From an uncultured Gammaproteobacteria bacterium (GTDB lineage Bacteria > Patescibacteriota > Microgenomatia > Levybacterales > GWA1-39-11): a stretch of 64,000 bases of DNA. Made by a program: the position numbers and the translations under genes. The notes beneath the pieces are model-generated. The model saw only the letters and a program-made list of their open reading frames with translations. It was not told the origin of the DNA and did no database searches. Shown piece by piece: positions 20,098 through 29,781 of the stretch. The stretch is from assembly GCA_964406795.1 (NCBI GenBank), contig CAYOTA010000003.1, positions 49,252 through 113,251 on the forward strand, written 5' to 3'. Numbering within the stretch: the first letter of the stretch is position 1; every line of letters begins with the position of its first letter.

Positions 20098-20130
20098 TAT
20101 GAAAATTTTAGTAACAGGTGGCGCAGGATT
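20098..20130 (+). repeat. 33-bp direct repeat copy 2 (true rmlB start)
   Basis: Identical to copy 1; separated by a 69-bp GC-richer spacer. Confidence 0.8.
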
Positions 20131-21121
20131 TATAGGAAGCAACTTTATTTTATATTGGTTGTCACACCACAAAAATGATTTGATTATAAATCTTGATAAA
20201 TTAACATATGCTGGTAATCCTGCAAATTTAAAATCTGTAGAATATGATCCTCGTTACAAATTTATAAAAGGAGATATTTGCGATGTAAATTTGGTAAAGG
20301 ACGTAATGGATGGGGTAGATACGGTAGTTCATTTTGCAGCAGAGTCTCATGTTGATAGATCAATTCATTCCCCTTCTCAATTCGTGGAAACAAACGTAGG
20401 CGGAACGCAAGTTTTGCTTGATGCTGCAGTTGAAAAAAAGATAAAACATTTTCATCACATTTCAACAGATGAGGTATTTGGGTCACTGGAGTTAAGCTCA
20501 ACTGAGAAATTTTCTGAAGCAACGTCTTATGATCCGCGCAGCCCGTATTCTGCTACGAAGGCATCATCTGATCATTTAGTCCGTGCATATTATCACACGT
20601 ATAATCTCCCTATAACAATTACTAATTGTTCTAATAATTTTGGACCATTTCAATTTCCTGAAAAGCTAATTCCTTTAGCAATAACAAATATATTGGATGA
20701 TAAAAAAGTACCTGTATATGGTGATGGATTATATGTCCGTGATTGGCTGCACGTAGCAGATCATTGTCGTGCTATTGAAGCAGTTTTGATGAATGGGATA
20801 ATTGGCGAAACATATTGTGTAGGCGGCTTGGGCTCTACTGACGAAATAAATAATATCTCAATTGTTAAAAAAATTCTTATGTTGCTGGGTCAGGATGAAA
20901 GTATGATAGAGTTTGTGAAAGATAGGCCGGGCCATGATAGGAGATATGCAATTGATTGGGGTAAAATTAACCGCGAGTTGGGATGGAAGCCTGAATTTGA
21001 TTTTGATACGTGGCTTGAAAAAACAGTCTTATGGTACAAAGATAATAGAGACTGGTGGAAGGCTTTAAAAAATGCCGAATTTGATAAATATTACGAAAAC
21101 CAGTATAAAACTGAGAAATAG
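20099..21121 (+). CDS. rmlB: dTDP-glucose 4,6-dehydratase
   Basis: TGGAGFIGSN Rossmann motif, YxxxK SDR motif, 340 aa with RmlB-like pattern. Confidence 0.85.
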   Translation: MKILVTGGAGFIGSNFILYWLSHHKNDLIINLDKLTYAGNPANLKSVEYDPRYKFIKGDICDVNLVKDVMDGVDTVVHFAAESHVDRSIHSPSQFVETNVGGTQVLLDAAVEKKIKHFHHISTDEVFGSLELSSTEKFSEATSYDPRSPYSATKASSDHLVRAYYHTYNLPITITNCSNNFGPFQFPEKLIPLAITNILDDKKVPVYGDGLYVRDWLHVADHCRAIEAVLMNGIIGETYCVGGLGSTDEINNISIVKKILMLLGQDESMIEFVKDRPGHDRRYAIDWGKINRELGWKPEFDFDTWLEKTVLWYKDNRDWWKALKNAEFDKYYENQYKTEK

Positions 21122-21139
21122 CTCTTCAACTTATATCCC

Positions 21140-22009
21140 ATGCAAAAAATATTAGGAACCGGCTTAACAGGACTTTTGGGTAGCCGGATCACGGAATTAC
21201 TTTCTGATTTTGAATTTACCTCAATTTCCAGAAGCACTGGGGTTGATATTTCAAACAAAGCGTCAGTAGAGAAGACGATTTCAAAGTTTGATGGTGATTG
21301 GGTACTGCATTTAGCGGCCAAGGCAGATGTGGATGGATGTGAGACTGACAGACAGGAAGGAGAATTGGGAGAGGCATGGAGAGTAAATGTTGAGGCAACC
21401 AAGAATATTGCCGAACTTTGCCGACAACATAATAAAAAAATTATATATATATCAACAGATTTTGTTTTTGATGGAACTAAATCCGTAGGAGAGTCATATA
21501 CGGAAGAAGATATTCCAAATCCATTAAATTGGTACGGGGAAACAAAATTTCAGGGTGAAAATGCTATCAAAAATTCAGGAGCGTCCTATCTTATTTTGAG
21601 AATTGCATATCCATATGGTGTATCTAGTGCAGACAAAAAAGATTTTGTACGGATTATTGGTGGAAGACTTAAAGAAGGAAAAGAAATAAGAGGAGTGTCA
21701 GATCATATAATTTGTCCTACTTTTATTGACGATATAGCACAAGGAATTCGCGTAGGTATGGCCAAGAATGCATCTGGTTTGTATCACATGGTTGGTCAAA
21801 CTCCATTGTCGCCTTATGATATCGCCTTAATACTAGCAAAAAAAGTTGGAGCACCATTATCTCTGGTATCAAAGACAACTAGAGATGAATATTTTAAGAA
21901 TAAAGCAGCAAGGCCTTTAAATCTGTACCTCAATAATGGTAAAATAAAAACCTTACAAGTTCCTTTAAAAACATTTGAAGAGGGCTTAAGCTTAGTTTCA
22001 GAATTTTAA
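21140..22009 (+). CDS. rmlD: dTDP-4-dehydrorhamnose reductase
   Basis: STDFVFDG motif and short N-terminal Rossmann fold typical of RmlD. Confidence 0.75.
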   Translation: MQKILGTGLTGLLGSRITELLSDFEFTSISRSTGVDISNKASVEKTISKFDGDWVLHLAAKADVDGCETDRQEGELGEAWRVNVEATKNIAELCRQHNKKIIYISTDFVFDGTKSVGESYTEEDIPNPLNWYGETKFQGENAIKNSGASYLILRIAYPYGVSSADKKDFVRIIGGRLKEGKEIRGVSDHIICPTFIDDIAQGIRVGMAKNASGLYHMVGQTPLSPYDIALILAKKVGAPLSLVSKTTRDEYFKNKAARPLNLYLNNGKIKTLQVPLKTFEEGLSLVSEF

Positions 22010-22013
22010 TTAC

Positions 22014-23303
22014 ATGAAAACAACATTTATTGGACATGGATATGTAGGGCTAGTAACAGCGGCTGTTTTTGCCGATTTAGGAAACACTGTATATGTCATT
22101 GGAAGAACTCCGGAAAAAATTGAAAATTTAAAAAAAGGAATACTCCCTATTTATGAGCCAGGACTTGACGAAATAGTTTTAAGAAACGTAGAGGCGGGAA
22201 GGCTTATTTTTACTCTTGATTATCAACCTGCAATTTCAGAATCTGAAATAGTGTTTATTGCCGTAGGTACACCACCACAAAAAACAGGCGACGCAGAGTT
22301 GTCCACTGTGTTTGATGTTGCACAAAAAGTAGCACAAAATCTGTCTGGCTACACGGTTATTGCTACAAAAAGCACTGTTCCACCAGGCACAAACAAAAGA
22401 ATTAAACAAATCATAGAAGAAAATAAAAGTAGTGCCGTGGAATTTGATATTGCCTCAGTGCCGGAGTTTTTAAGAGAAGGAACTGCAATTTCTGACACTC
22501 TGCATCCAGATAGGGTTGTAATAGGAAGTGAAAACAAGAAGGCGCAGGATTTACTTGCCGAAATACATAAACCATTAGGAGGTGAGCTTGTTTTAACAAA
22601 CCTTGAAACCGCAGAGCTTATAAAATATGCCTCAAACTCTTTCTTGGCCACTAAAATATCTTATGCTAACGCAATTGCAAAGCTTTCAGAATTGTGTGGG
22701 GCTGATGGTCCTGCAGTTTTGAAGGGTATAGGACTGGACAAGCGAATTAGTTCGGCATTTTTACAGGCCGGAGCTGGATATGGCGGAAGTTGTTTTCCAA
22801 AAGATGTAAAAGCACTTTTGGCGATTGCAAAAAACTATGACTATAATTTTGCACTGCTTGATGAAGTAGAAAAAATAAATGACTATGCAAAACGGGATAT
22901 TGTCAAAAAAATAAAAAAATTAACTGGAGACCTCAGGGGTAAAAGGGTTGGACTGCTAGGTTTAGCATTTAAGCCTGATACTGATGATATGAGAGATGCG
23001 TCTTCAATTACCATTACTCATTTGCTCAAAAATGAAGGGGCCCAAGTTACGGCATATGATCCGCAAGCAATGGAAAATGCAGTTAAAATTATGCCTGATA
23101 TTGACTATAAAAAAAATGCCTACGAAGTAGCAGAAGGTGCTGATTGTGTGGTTTTGTTAACGGAATGGAACGAGTTTAAAGAATTAGATTTAAAAAAACT
23201 TGCTTCTTTCATGAAGTCTTTAAATTTAGTTGATGCAAGGAATATTTATGATACAAATGAATTAAAAGAAATTGGATTTAATTTTTTTGGCGTTGGAAGA
23301 TAG
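22014..23303 (+). CDS. ugd: UDP-glucose 6-dehydrogenase family protein
   Basis: N-terminal GHGYVGL NAD-binding motif, catalytic GGSCFPKD motif. Confidence 0.85.
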   Translation: MKTTFIGHGYVGLVTAAVFADLGNTVYVIGRTPEKIENLKKGILPIYEPGLDEIVLRNVEAGRLIFTLDYQPAISESEIVFIAVGTPPQKTGDAELSTVFDVAQKVAQNLSGYTVIATKSTVPPGTNKRIKQIIEENKSSAVEFDIASVPEFLREGTAISDTLHPDRVVIGSENKKAQDLLAEIHKPLGGELVLTNLETAELIKYASNSFLATKISYANAIAKLSELCGADGPAVLKGIGLDKRISSAFLQAGAGYGGSCFPKDVKALLAIAKNYDYNFALLDEVEKINDYAKRDIVKKIKKLTGDLRGKRVGLLGLAFKPDTDDMRDASSITITHLLKNEGAQVTAYDPQAMENAVKIMPDIDYKKNAYEVAEGADCVVLLTEWNEFKELDLKKLASFMKSLNLVDARNIYDTNELKEIGFNFFGVGR

Positions 23304-24248
23304 ATGAAAAAGGCATATATAACTGGAATTTCAGGATTTGCTGGTAGTTTTTTGGCAGAACTTCTTTTGCAAAAAGGATATCAGGTAGGCGGCACTTATA
23401 TATCTGAAAATGTCAAAAACTTGGATCACATAAAACATGATTTGCAGCTTGACCGTGTTAACCTTCTTGAGCTATCAGAAATAGAAAAAAGCGTACAGAA
23501 TTTTTCACCAGATGTAGTATTCCATTTAGCAGCGTTAACTTCTCCGGCAGAAAGTTTTAAAGAACCGTCAAAGGTTTTTACCAATAACATTGCAGCTCAA
23601 ATAAATTTATTCGAAGCAATTCGGAAATCAAATGTTTCACCCCGTGTTTTAATTACTTCTTCCGCGGAGGTATACGGGCTTATTTCCGAACGCGATTTGC
23701 CCATTTCAGAGAAGACAGAGCTTCGTCCCGGAAGCCCATATGCCGTTTCAAAAATTGCCCAGGATTATTTAGGGCTCCAGTATTACTTGTCTTACGGTAT
23801 GGATATTATAAGAATCAGACCGTTTAATCATATAGGCCCTCGTCAAACGGAGCAGTTTGTTGTGGCTTCATTTGCAAAGCAGATTGCAGAAATTGAGAAA
23901 AAAGGAACAGGAACCATAAAGGTTGGAAATTTAGAAGCAAAACGGGACTTTACTGATGTACGCGATATGGTAAAGGCTTACGAAGTGTTGGCTAATGTTG
24001 GCGTAGGCGGAGAAGTTTACAATATTGGGTCAGGTAAATCTCACAAAATAGCTGAAATTTTGGATATGCTTCTTTCAAGTTCTTCAAAAAAAATAGATAT
24101 CGAAATAGATCCTTCAAAGCTTCGCCCAAGTGACACTCCAGATATTAGATCTAATAATCATAAAATTGAATCCTTAGGGTGGAAGCCTGAAATTGAATTG
24201 TTAAAAACGCTGAAAGATACACTTGATTATTGGAGGCAACTGGTTTAA
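23304..24248 (+). CDS. NAD-dependent epimerase/dehydratase, GDP-4-keto-6-deoxy-D-mannose reductase (Rmd)-like
   Basis: ITGISGFAGS Rossmann motif, SSAEVYG, PYAVSK (YxxxK) pattern resembling Rmd; adjacent to gmd. Confidence 0.6.
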   Translation: MKKAYITGISGFAGSFLAELLLQKGYQVGGTYISENVKNLDHIKHDLQLDRVNLLELSEIEKSVQNFSPDVVFHLAALTSPAESFKEPSKVFTNNIAAQINLFEAIRKSNVSPRVLITSSAEVYGLISERDLPISEKTELRPGSPYAVSKIAQDYLGLQYYLSYGMDIIRIRPFNHIGPRQTEQFVVASFAKQIAEIEKKGTGTIKVGNLEAKRDFTDVRDMVKAYEVLANVGVGGEVYNIGSGKSHKIAEILDMLLSSSSKKIDIEIDPSKLRPSDTPDIRSNNHKIESLGWKPEIELLKTLKDTLDYWRQLV

Positions 24249-24327
24249 GATTTTAAAGTTATATTAAAATGGCAAAGAAACGCGTACTTACTTTTAGAGT
24301 TTACGAAAAAAGGAAGGGATCTAATTA

Positions 24328-25305
24328 ATGAAAAAGAGAGCACTTATCACTGGAATTACCGGACAAGATGGATCTTATCTTGCAGAATTTTTACTTAAAA
24401 AAGACTATGAAGTTTATGGTCTTGTTAGACGCCTAAGTACTCCCAATACGGAAAACATTCGTCATATTGTAGATCAAGTAGAACTTATTTCCGGAGATCT
24501 TTTAGATCAAAAATCTTTGGACGATGCTGTAAAAGAGTCAAATCCAGATGAGGTATATAATTTAGCAGCACAGAGTTTTGTAAAAACATCATGGAATCAA
24601 GCTGTTTTGACCGGGGAATACACGGCGTTAGGTGTTACCAGAATGCTTGAGGCATTAAGAACCGTGAATCACAAGATCAAATTTTACCAAGCGTCCTCTT
24701 CTGAAATGTTTGGGAAAGTAACTGAAGTTCCACAAAAAGAAACAACACGATTTTACCCTAGATCCCCATACGGTGTTGCAAAAGTGTACGGACACTATAT
24801 AACACTTAATTACCGAGAAAGTTACGATATGTTTGCATGTTCCGGAATACTTTTCAATCACGAGTCACCCCGTCGTGGAATTGAATTTGTAACACGTAAA
24901 ATTTCAAATGCGGTTGCAAGAATTTCTTTAGGAAAGCAACAGAAAATAGTGTTGGGTAACCTAGACAGTAAGCGTGATTGGGGATTTGCAGGGGATTATG
25001 TAGAGGCTATGTGGATGATGCTGCAGCAGGATTCACCCGATGATTATGTTATTGCCACTGGGCAGACACATAGCATAGAAGAGTTTGTTCGTGAAGCATT
25101 TAAAATAGTAGGGATTGAAAATTGGCAGGATTATATAGAGGCAAACGATCCTAAATTTTTGCGTCCAGCAGAGGTAGACGCACTTATTGGTGATTATTCA
25201 AAAGCAAAAAATGTTCTAGGTTGGGAGCCTAAAACAAGCTTTAATGAGCTTGTTTCTATGATGGTAAAATCAGACATAGAACTTGAAAAGAAAAACAATC
25301 ACTAA
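24328..25305 (+). CDS. gmd: GDP-mannose 4,6-dehydratase
   Basis: [20 protein letters not shown]-terminus and overall Gmd pattern. Confidence 0.85.
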   Translation: MKKRALITGITGQDGSYLAEFLLKKDYEVYGLVRRLSTPNTENIRHIVDQVELISGDLLDQKSLDDAVKESNPDEVYNLAAQSFVKTSWNQAVLTGEYTALGVTRMLEALRTVNHKIKFYQASSSEMFGKVTEVPQKETTRFYPRSPYGVAKVYGHYITLNYRESYDMFACSGILFNHESPRRGIEFVTRKISNAVARISLGKQQKIVLGNLDSKRDWGFAGDYVEAMWMMLQQDSPDDYVIATGQTHSIEEFVREAFKIVGIENWQDYIEANDPKFLRPAEVDALIGDYSKAKNVLGWEPKTSFNELVSMMVKSDIELEKKNNH

Positions 25306-25373
25306 GCCCCTTTGTTCTCTTTTTTCAATCAAAAAATGGTATAATTGTAAGGACTGCATTTAGAATTTATTCT

Positions 25374-26504
25374 ATGACAAAGAAAACCGCTGTAATCGTT
25401 CTTCCCACGTATAATGAGAAGGAAAATATAGAATCTGTAATACTTCTTTTAGAAGATGAAGTGTTTCCCAAAATTAAAACGTATGAGATGAAGATTCTGG
25501 TCGCGGATGATTTATCTCCTGACGGTACTGCAGAAATAGTTCAAAAACTTTCCAAAAAATATAAAAATATTGAGTTGTCATCAGGGCCTAAAAAAGGCTT
25601 AGGAGCGGCCTATATTAGAGGTATGTCCCACGCAATTGATAAAATGGGTGCGGATGTATTATTTGAAATGGATGCTGATGGGCAACACGATCCCACAAAA
25701 ATTCCTCAATTTCTCCAAAAATTAGACGACGGATGCGATATAGTAATTGGTACTAGGTATAGTGATGGTGGATCCATTCCAAAAAATTGGCCGCTGCAAA
25801 GAAAGTTGTTTTCCATTTGTGCAAATTTATTTGTAAGAACTGTATTTACAAAATTTTCTGTTCACGATTGGACAGGAGGGTATAGAGCGTTAAAAAAGGA
25901 AGTATTTTTAAAAGAGAAGGCTGAGTTGGCAAACTATAACGGGTACATTTTTCAAATTTCATTTTTACATAAAGCTGTAAGAGATAAGTTTAAAATTGGG
26001 GAGGTTCCATTTCACTTTACTGATAGGACATTGGGTAAATCAAAGATTGCACCATTGGGATATATTTTTGACGTTTTGAAATTTGTTATAGCAACGAGGA
26101 TTCGTGAAGTGGCTTTTGGTAGATTTGGTAAATTTTTTGTAGTTGGTTTTTCAGGTCTTTTTATAAACCTTACCACGTATACAATTCTTGCAAATTACAC
26201 TAATATAAGCCTCGTTTTTGCAAATACAGTGGGTGCGCAGTTGGCAATATTTTCAAACTATAACCTTAATAATTTGTGGACATTTGGAAATAAAAAAACC
26301 AAGACAAAAGGAGCATACTTTTCAAAAATGTTACAATTTTTCTTAACATCCAACATAGGAGTATGGATTTTTCAAAATGGTACAATATTTTTAGGCGAGA
26401 AGTATTTTGGGCGAGAATACTATCTAATATACTTTGCTATCGGAACAAGCTTTTTAATGGTTTGGAATTTTACAATTTATAATAAGTTTATCTGGAAAGA
26501 GTAA
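25374..26504 (+). CDS. Polyprenyl-phosphate glycosyltransferase (GT2, DPM1-like) fused to C-terminal GtrA-like membrane domain
   Basis: N-terminal VLPTYNE GT2 motif and DAD motif; four C-terminal TM helices. Confidence 0.7.
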   Translation: MTKKTAVIVLPTYNEKENIESVILLLEDEVFPKIKTYEMKILVADDLSPDGTAEIVQKLSKKYKNIELSSGPKKGLGAAYIRGMSHAIDKMGADVLFEMDADGQHDPTKIPQFLQKLDDGCDIVIGTRYSDGGSIPKNWPLQRKLFSICANLFVRTVFTKFSVHDWTGGYRALKKEVFLKEKAELANYNGYIFQISFLHKAVRDKFKIGEVPFHFTDRTLGKSKIAPLGYIFDVLKFVIATRIREVAFGRFGKFFVVGFSGLFINLTTYTILANYTNISLVFANTVGAQLAIFSNYNLNNLWTFGNKKTKTKGAYFSKMLQFFLTSNIGVWIFQNGTIFLGEKYFGREYYLIYFAIGTSFLMVWNFTIYNKFIWKE

Positions 26505-26516
26505 TACCTTCTTCTT

Positions 26517-28133
26517 ATGTCTAAATACTTCAAAAGATTATTAGTCATAAAAAATGCTCCGATTGTTTTTATTTTAATACTGGCCGCTTTTTTACGTATA
26601 TCTAGAATAGATGAGTATCTTACATTTTTAGGTGATGAAGGACGCGATGTGCTTGTTGTAAAACACATTTTGGATGGATTTGCTGCACTTTTGTCAGGTA
26701 ACCTACAAGCTGGATCTGAGGGGTTGACACTCCTGGGTCCAACAGCCTCAGTTGGGGGATTTTTCTTAGGCCCAATCTATTATTACTTTATGGCGCCGTT
26801 TCTTTTACTTTTCAACTTTAATCCTGTAGGGCCCGCTGTCATGGTAGCTCTAGTTGGAGTTGCAACAGCTTTACTCATATATATAATTGCTAAAGATTTT
26901 TTTTCATACAGTGCGGCAATTGTAGTAAGCCTTTTATATGCAATTTCACCATTAGTCATTTTATATTCTCGGTCATCATGGAATCCAAATGTGGTTCCAT
27001 TTTTCGCACTCCTCATGTTTTACATGCTTTATAAAGCTGTTTTTAAAAAATCATGGAAACTTTTTGTATTCTCCGGATTTTTATTTGGAATACTGCTGCA
27101 ACTTCATTATCTAGCTACATTTTTAGGAGTTGTGGTGGGTTTTTATATTTTGGCTACAGCGTTCATAGATAATAAAAAAAAGATGCATGCACTATCCCAA
27201 ACTGTCACACAATATGTATATTTTTTGCTTGGAATTATAATTGGGTGGTCACCATTTTTATTGTTTGAAGTAAGGCATGGTTTTCCAAATCTCTGGAGTA
27301 TTTGGAGATTTATTACAACCTCTGGTGACACAGGCGGTAATGAGAGATACTTTGCCATTGTAAATGATGTATTTTTTAGGCTTTTTGGAAGACTTATTTT
27401 TACCTTTCCTAGAGTGGAAGATTTGGAGAAGTATTCCAGTAAGATTCTGGAACTATGGGGGCTAGGTATTTATCTTATAGCAATTTTATCTGTAGCCTTT
27501 TTAGTATATAGTTTATTTAAATCAATAAGGCTAAAAAACAGTTCTTATCACAAGTATTTACTGCTTCTTATCTGGCTTGTAATTACCTTAATTCTGTTTG
27601 GTTTCTATAAGAAGCCCATATACGACTATTATCTTGTTATTCTCTATCCACTGTCCTTTTTAATGTTGGCAGCGTTACTTTCATATCTGTTTACCAAAGG
27701 CAAAAAAGCTATTGGGATGATTCTAGTAATGCTTACTGGTGTTATATTTCTCAATTTACTTTACAATCCTTTTAGAACCCCAGGAAACCATCAATTGCGT
27801 CAGGTAAGAACTATCTCAGAGTTTGTGCTGTCAAAGACTGACGGAAAGCCATATAACTTTGCAGTAATTTCAAGCGGAGGGAATTCTGACCATGCATATA
27901 GGTACTTTTTTGAAATTAATAATATGAAGCCAGTTACTATTGAGTTTCCAGGCGTTGATCCAGAACGAAATTCTATCACAGATCAGTTGCTGATTGTATG
28001 TGAGAGTAACCCCTGTGCGCCCCTAGGATACCCGTTATGGGAGGTCGCAGGCTTTGGGCAAGCGGAGATAGAGGGTGAGTGGCCAGTATCAATTCTTAAA
28101 GTAATGAAATTAAAACACTACAAAGGCGAATAG
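26517..28133 (+). CDS. GT-C membrane glycosyltransferase (ArnT/PMT-like, family 39/83)
   Basis: Polytopic 538-aa protein with first-loop GDEGRD motif; follows polyprenyl-phosphate GT2. Confidence 0.6.
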   Translation: MSKYFKRLLVIKNAPIVFILILAAFLRISRIDEYLTFLGDEGRDVLVVKHILDGFAALLSGNLQAGSEGLTLLGPTASVGGFFLGPIYYYFMAPFLLLFNFNPVGPAVMVALVGVATALLIYIIAKDFFSYSAAIVVSLLYAISPLVILYSRSSWNPNVVPFFALLMFYMLYKAVFKKSWKLFVFSGFLFGILLQLHYLATFLGVVVGFYILATAFIDNKKKMHALSQTVTQYVYFLLGIIIGWSPFLLFEVRHGFPNLWSIWRFITTSGDTGGNERYFAIVNDVFFRLFGRLIFTFPRVEDLEKYSSKILELWGLGIYLIAILSVAFLVYSLFKSIRLKNSSYHKYLLLLIWLVITLILFGFYKKPIYDYYLVILYPLSFLMLAALLSYLFTKGKKAIGMILVMLTGVIFLNLLYNPFRTPGNHQLRQVRTISEFVLSKTDGKPYNFAVISSGGNSDHAYRYFFEINNMKPVTIEFPGVDPERNSITDQLLIVCESNPCAPLGYPLWEVAGFGQAEIEGEWPVSILKVMKLKHYKGE

Positions 28134-28134
28134 T

Positions 28135-28602
28135 ATGTATAACCACGCTCCTCCAGATTATATTTGTCCTATATGTATTGCACTTGAAGGCAAAGAGAAT
28201 GAAGATACCCTCATTGTGCAAAGTGATATTATTTATCGCGATGAATTAGTAATGGCATTTATCTCGTCATTTTTTATTGGAAATAGTCCAGGACATGTAG
28301 TGATAGTCCCAAATAAGCATTTTGAAAATATCTATGATTTGCCACAAGATTATGCAAATCGAATTCAAGGGGTCGCAAGAAAGGTCGCCCTCGCCGTAAA
28401 AGATTCATATCAAGCAAAAGGAATTACAACCCTACAAAATAACGAACCCGTAGGAGGGCAGCACGCATTCCATTACCATCTACATGTGTTTCCAAGATTC
28501 AGTAATGACGAGCTTTTTAAGAATATGCTTGAAAAGAAAAATACTACCCCTATAGAAAGAAAACCATATGCTGATAAGTTAAAAGCTATTTTAGAGGACT
28601 AG
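28135..28602 (+). CDS. HIT family protein
   Basis: Histidine triad HYHLHVFPR. Confidence 0.8.
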   Translation: MYNHAPPDYICPICIALEGKENEDTLIVQSDIIYRDELVMAFISSFFIGNSPGHVVIVPNKHFENIYDLPQDYANRIQGVARKVALAVKDSYQAKGITTLQNNEPVGGQHAFHYHLHVFPRFSNDELFKNMLEKKNTTPIERKPYADKLKAILED

Positions 28603-28620
28603 CTTATTTCTCTCCATACA

Positions 28621-28677
28621 AAAACCCGATCATTAAATGCTTCTTGAATCAAGCAACATTTGAATATCGGGTTTTTG
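28621..28677. terminator. Stem-loop with flanking A/T runs, putative bidirectional terminator between HIT gene and convergent small gene
   Basis: aaaacccgat ... atcgggttttt 10-bp stem; a second perfect hairpin gtcttcc-N8-ggaagac lies at about 28687-28708. Confidence 0.4.
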
Positions 28678-28724
28678 AGTTTTTGTGTCTTCCGAATTAA
28701 TGGAAGACTGAAAAAGAGAAAAGA

Positions 28725-28868
28725 CTAAGCTTTTCCAATTTTGTACATTCCTGTACCACAAACTGGACACTTTCCTTTCATAGCTGGTTTACCATTTTTC
28801 ATAGTGACTGGTGTTGCTTCAGGATCTTCTCTTTTTGCTCTACATTTTACACAGTACATGCTTGCCAT
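28725..28868 (-). CDS. Small zinc-ribbon protein (DUF5679-like), 47 aa
   Basis: ATG preceded by GGAGGTGA RBS; MASMYCVKCRAKREDPEATPVTMKNGKPAMKGKCPVCGTGMYKIGKA with CxxC...CxxC; below ORF-track size cut-off. Confidence 0.55.
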   Translation of the reverse strand: MASMYCVKCRAKREDPEATPVTMKNGKPAMKGKCPVCGTGMYKIGKA

Positions 28869-28917
28869 AGTTTAGACTCACCTCCTTTCAAGATTATTAC
28901 ATAACTTTTTAAACTGC

Positions 28918-29190
28918 TTAATAGCCAAATACAGATAGATTAATTAAGCGAATTTGAGCTGCAATAAATAAAACAATACTAAAAGAAAAAATAAATAAGG
29001 TTACATAGATGGTTTGTTTTATGTCATGTAAAACATACATATAATTTTTGGGTTGATGTGAGGTGTCTTTATTTTGAGAAGTTGGTTTGGAAGTATAGGT
29101 AAATGAAAGAACGGATGAATATGGTAACGGGGATTGGCTCAATTCAGCGTTTATGTTTCTGTCCTTTTTTACTTCTTTAATTTTAGTCAT
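28918..29190 (-). CDS. Hypothetical small membrane protein
   Basis: 90-aa ORF with C-terminal TM helix. Confidence 0.3.
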   Translation of the reverse strand: MTKIKEVKKDRNINAELSQSPLPYSSVLSFTYTSKPTSQNKDTSHQPKNYMYVLHDIKQTIYVTLFIFSFSIVLFIAAQIRLINLSVFGY

Positions 29191-29232
29191 GAAACTTATG
29201 CCTTAACAGGCCATGTCACAAAAAGTATCATA

Positions 29233-29261
29233 TTGACTTGAGCGTGTCAAGAGGCTAAAAT
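29233..29261 (+). promoter_or_regulatory. Sigma70-like promoter (TTGACT-17-TAAAAT) for DUF4446 gene
   Basis: -35 at 29233-38 and -10 at 29256-61 read directly; 52 nt upstream of ATG. Confidence 0.4.
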
Positions 29262-29313
29262 ATTTAAACTGTTGCTTTTGTTTGTGTTTCTCTGAAGCTA
29301 CAGCCTAATCTAG

Positions 29314-29778
29314 ATGAATTTCCAAATTTTAATTGTAATAAGTATCCTCTTAATTATTTGGAACATTGCACTCACCATTCTTTTTCTGCAATTCTATTTT
29401 TATTATTCACGAATAGCCAAAGGAAACAAAAAAGAGTCTCTTGTAAAGCTTCTGGATGATATAACATCTGATCAAGATAAAATAAAAAAGACTATTGACC
29501 TTTTAGCTGCAGCGTGTGATAAACTAGATAAAAGCGGTCTACTACATATTCAAAAAGTAGGCCTTTTGCGTTTTAATCCCTTCAAAGATACCGGAGGAGA
29601 CCAAAGCTTTATATTGGCTTTGGTGGATGCGCAAAATACTGGGGTTGTTATCTCAAGTTTGCATACTCGTACGGGAACTAGATGGTATGCAAAGCATGTA
29701 GTAAACGGGAAGGGAAGTGAATATGAGCTTTCAAAAGAAGAAGAAGAAGCACTCAAAAATGCAAAAGTTCATAAATAG
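29314..29778 (+). CDS. DUF4446 family protein
   Basis: N-terminal TM helix and conserved LLRFNPFKDTGGDQSFILALVD segment typical of DUF4446. Confidence 0.5.
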   Translation: MNFQILIVISILLIIWNIALTILFLQFYFYYSRIAKGNKKESLVKLLDDITSDQDKIKKTIDLLAAACDKLDKSGLLHIQKVGLLRFNPFKDTGGDQSFILALVDAQNTGVVISSLHTRTGTRWYAKHVVNGKGSEYELSKEEEEALKNAKVHK

Positions 29779-29781
29779 AGC

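Noticed and set aside
28687-28708. Perfect hairpin gtcttcc-N8-ggaagac as independent terminator
   Set aside because: No U-run on either strand directly after it; reported only as accessory structure to the neighbouring hairpin.
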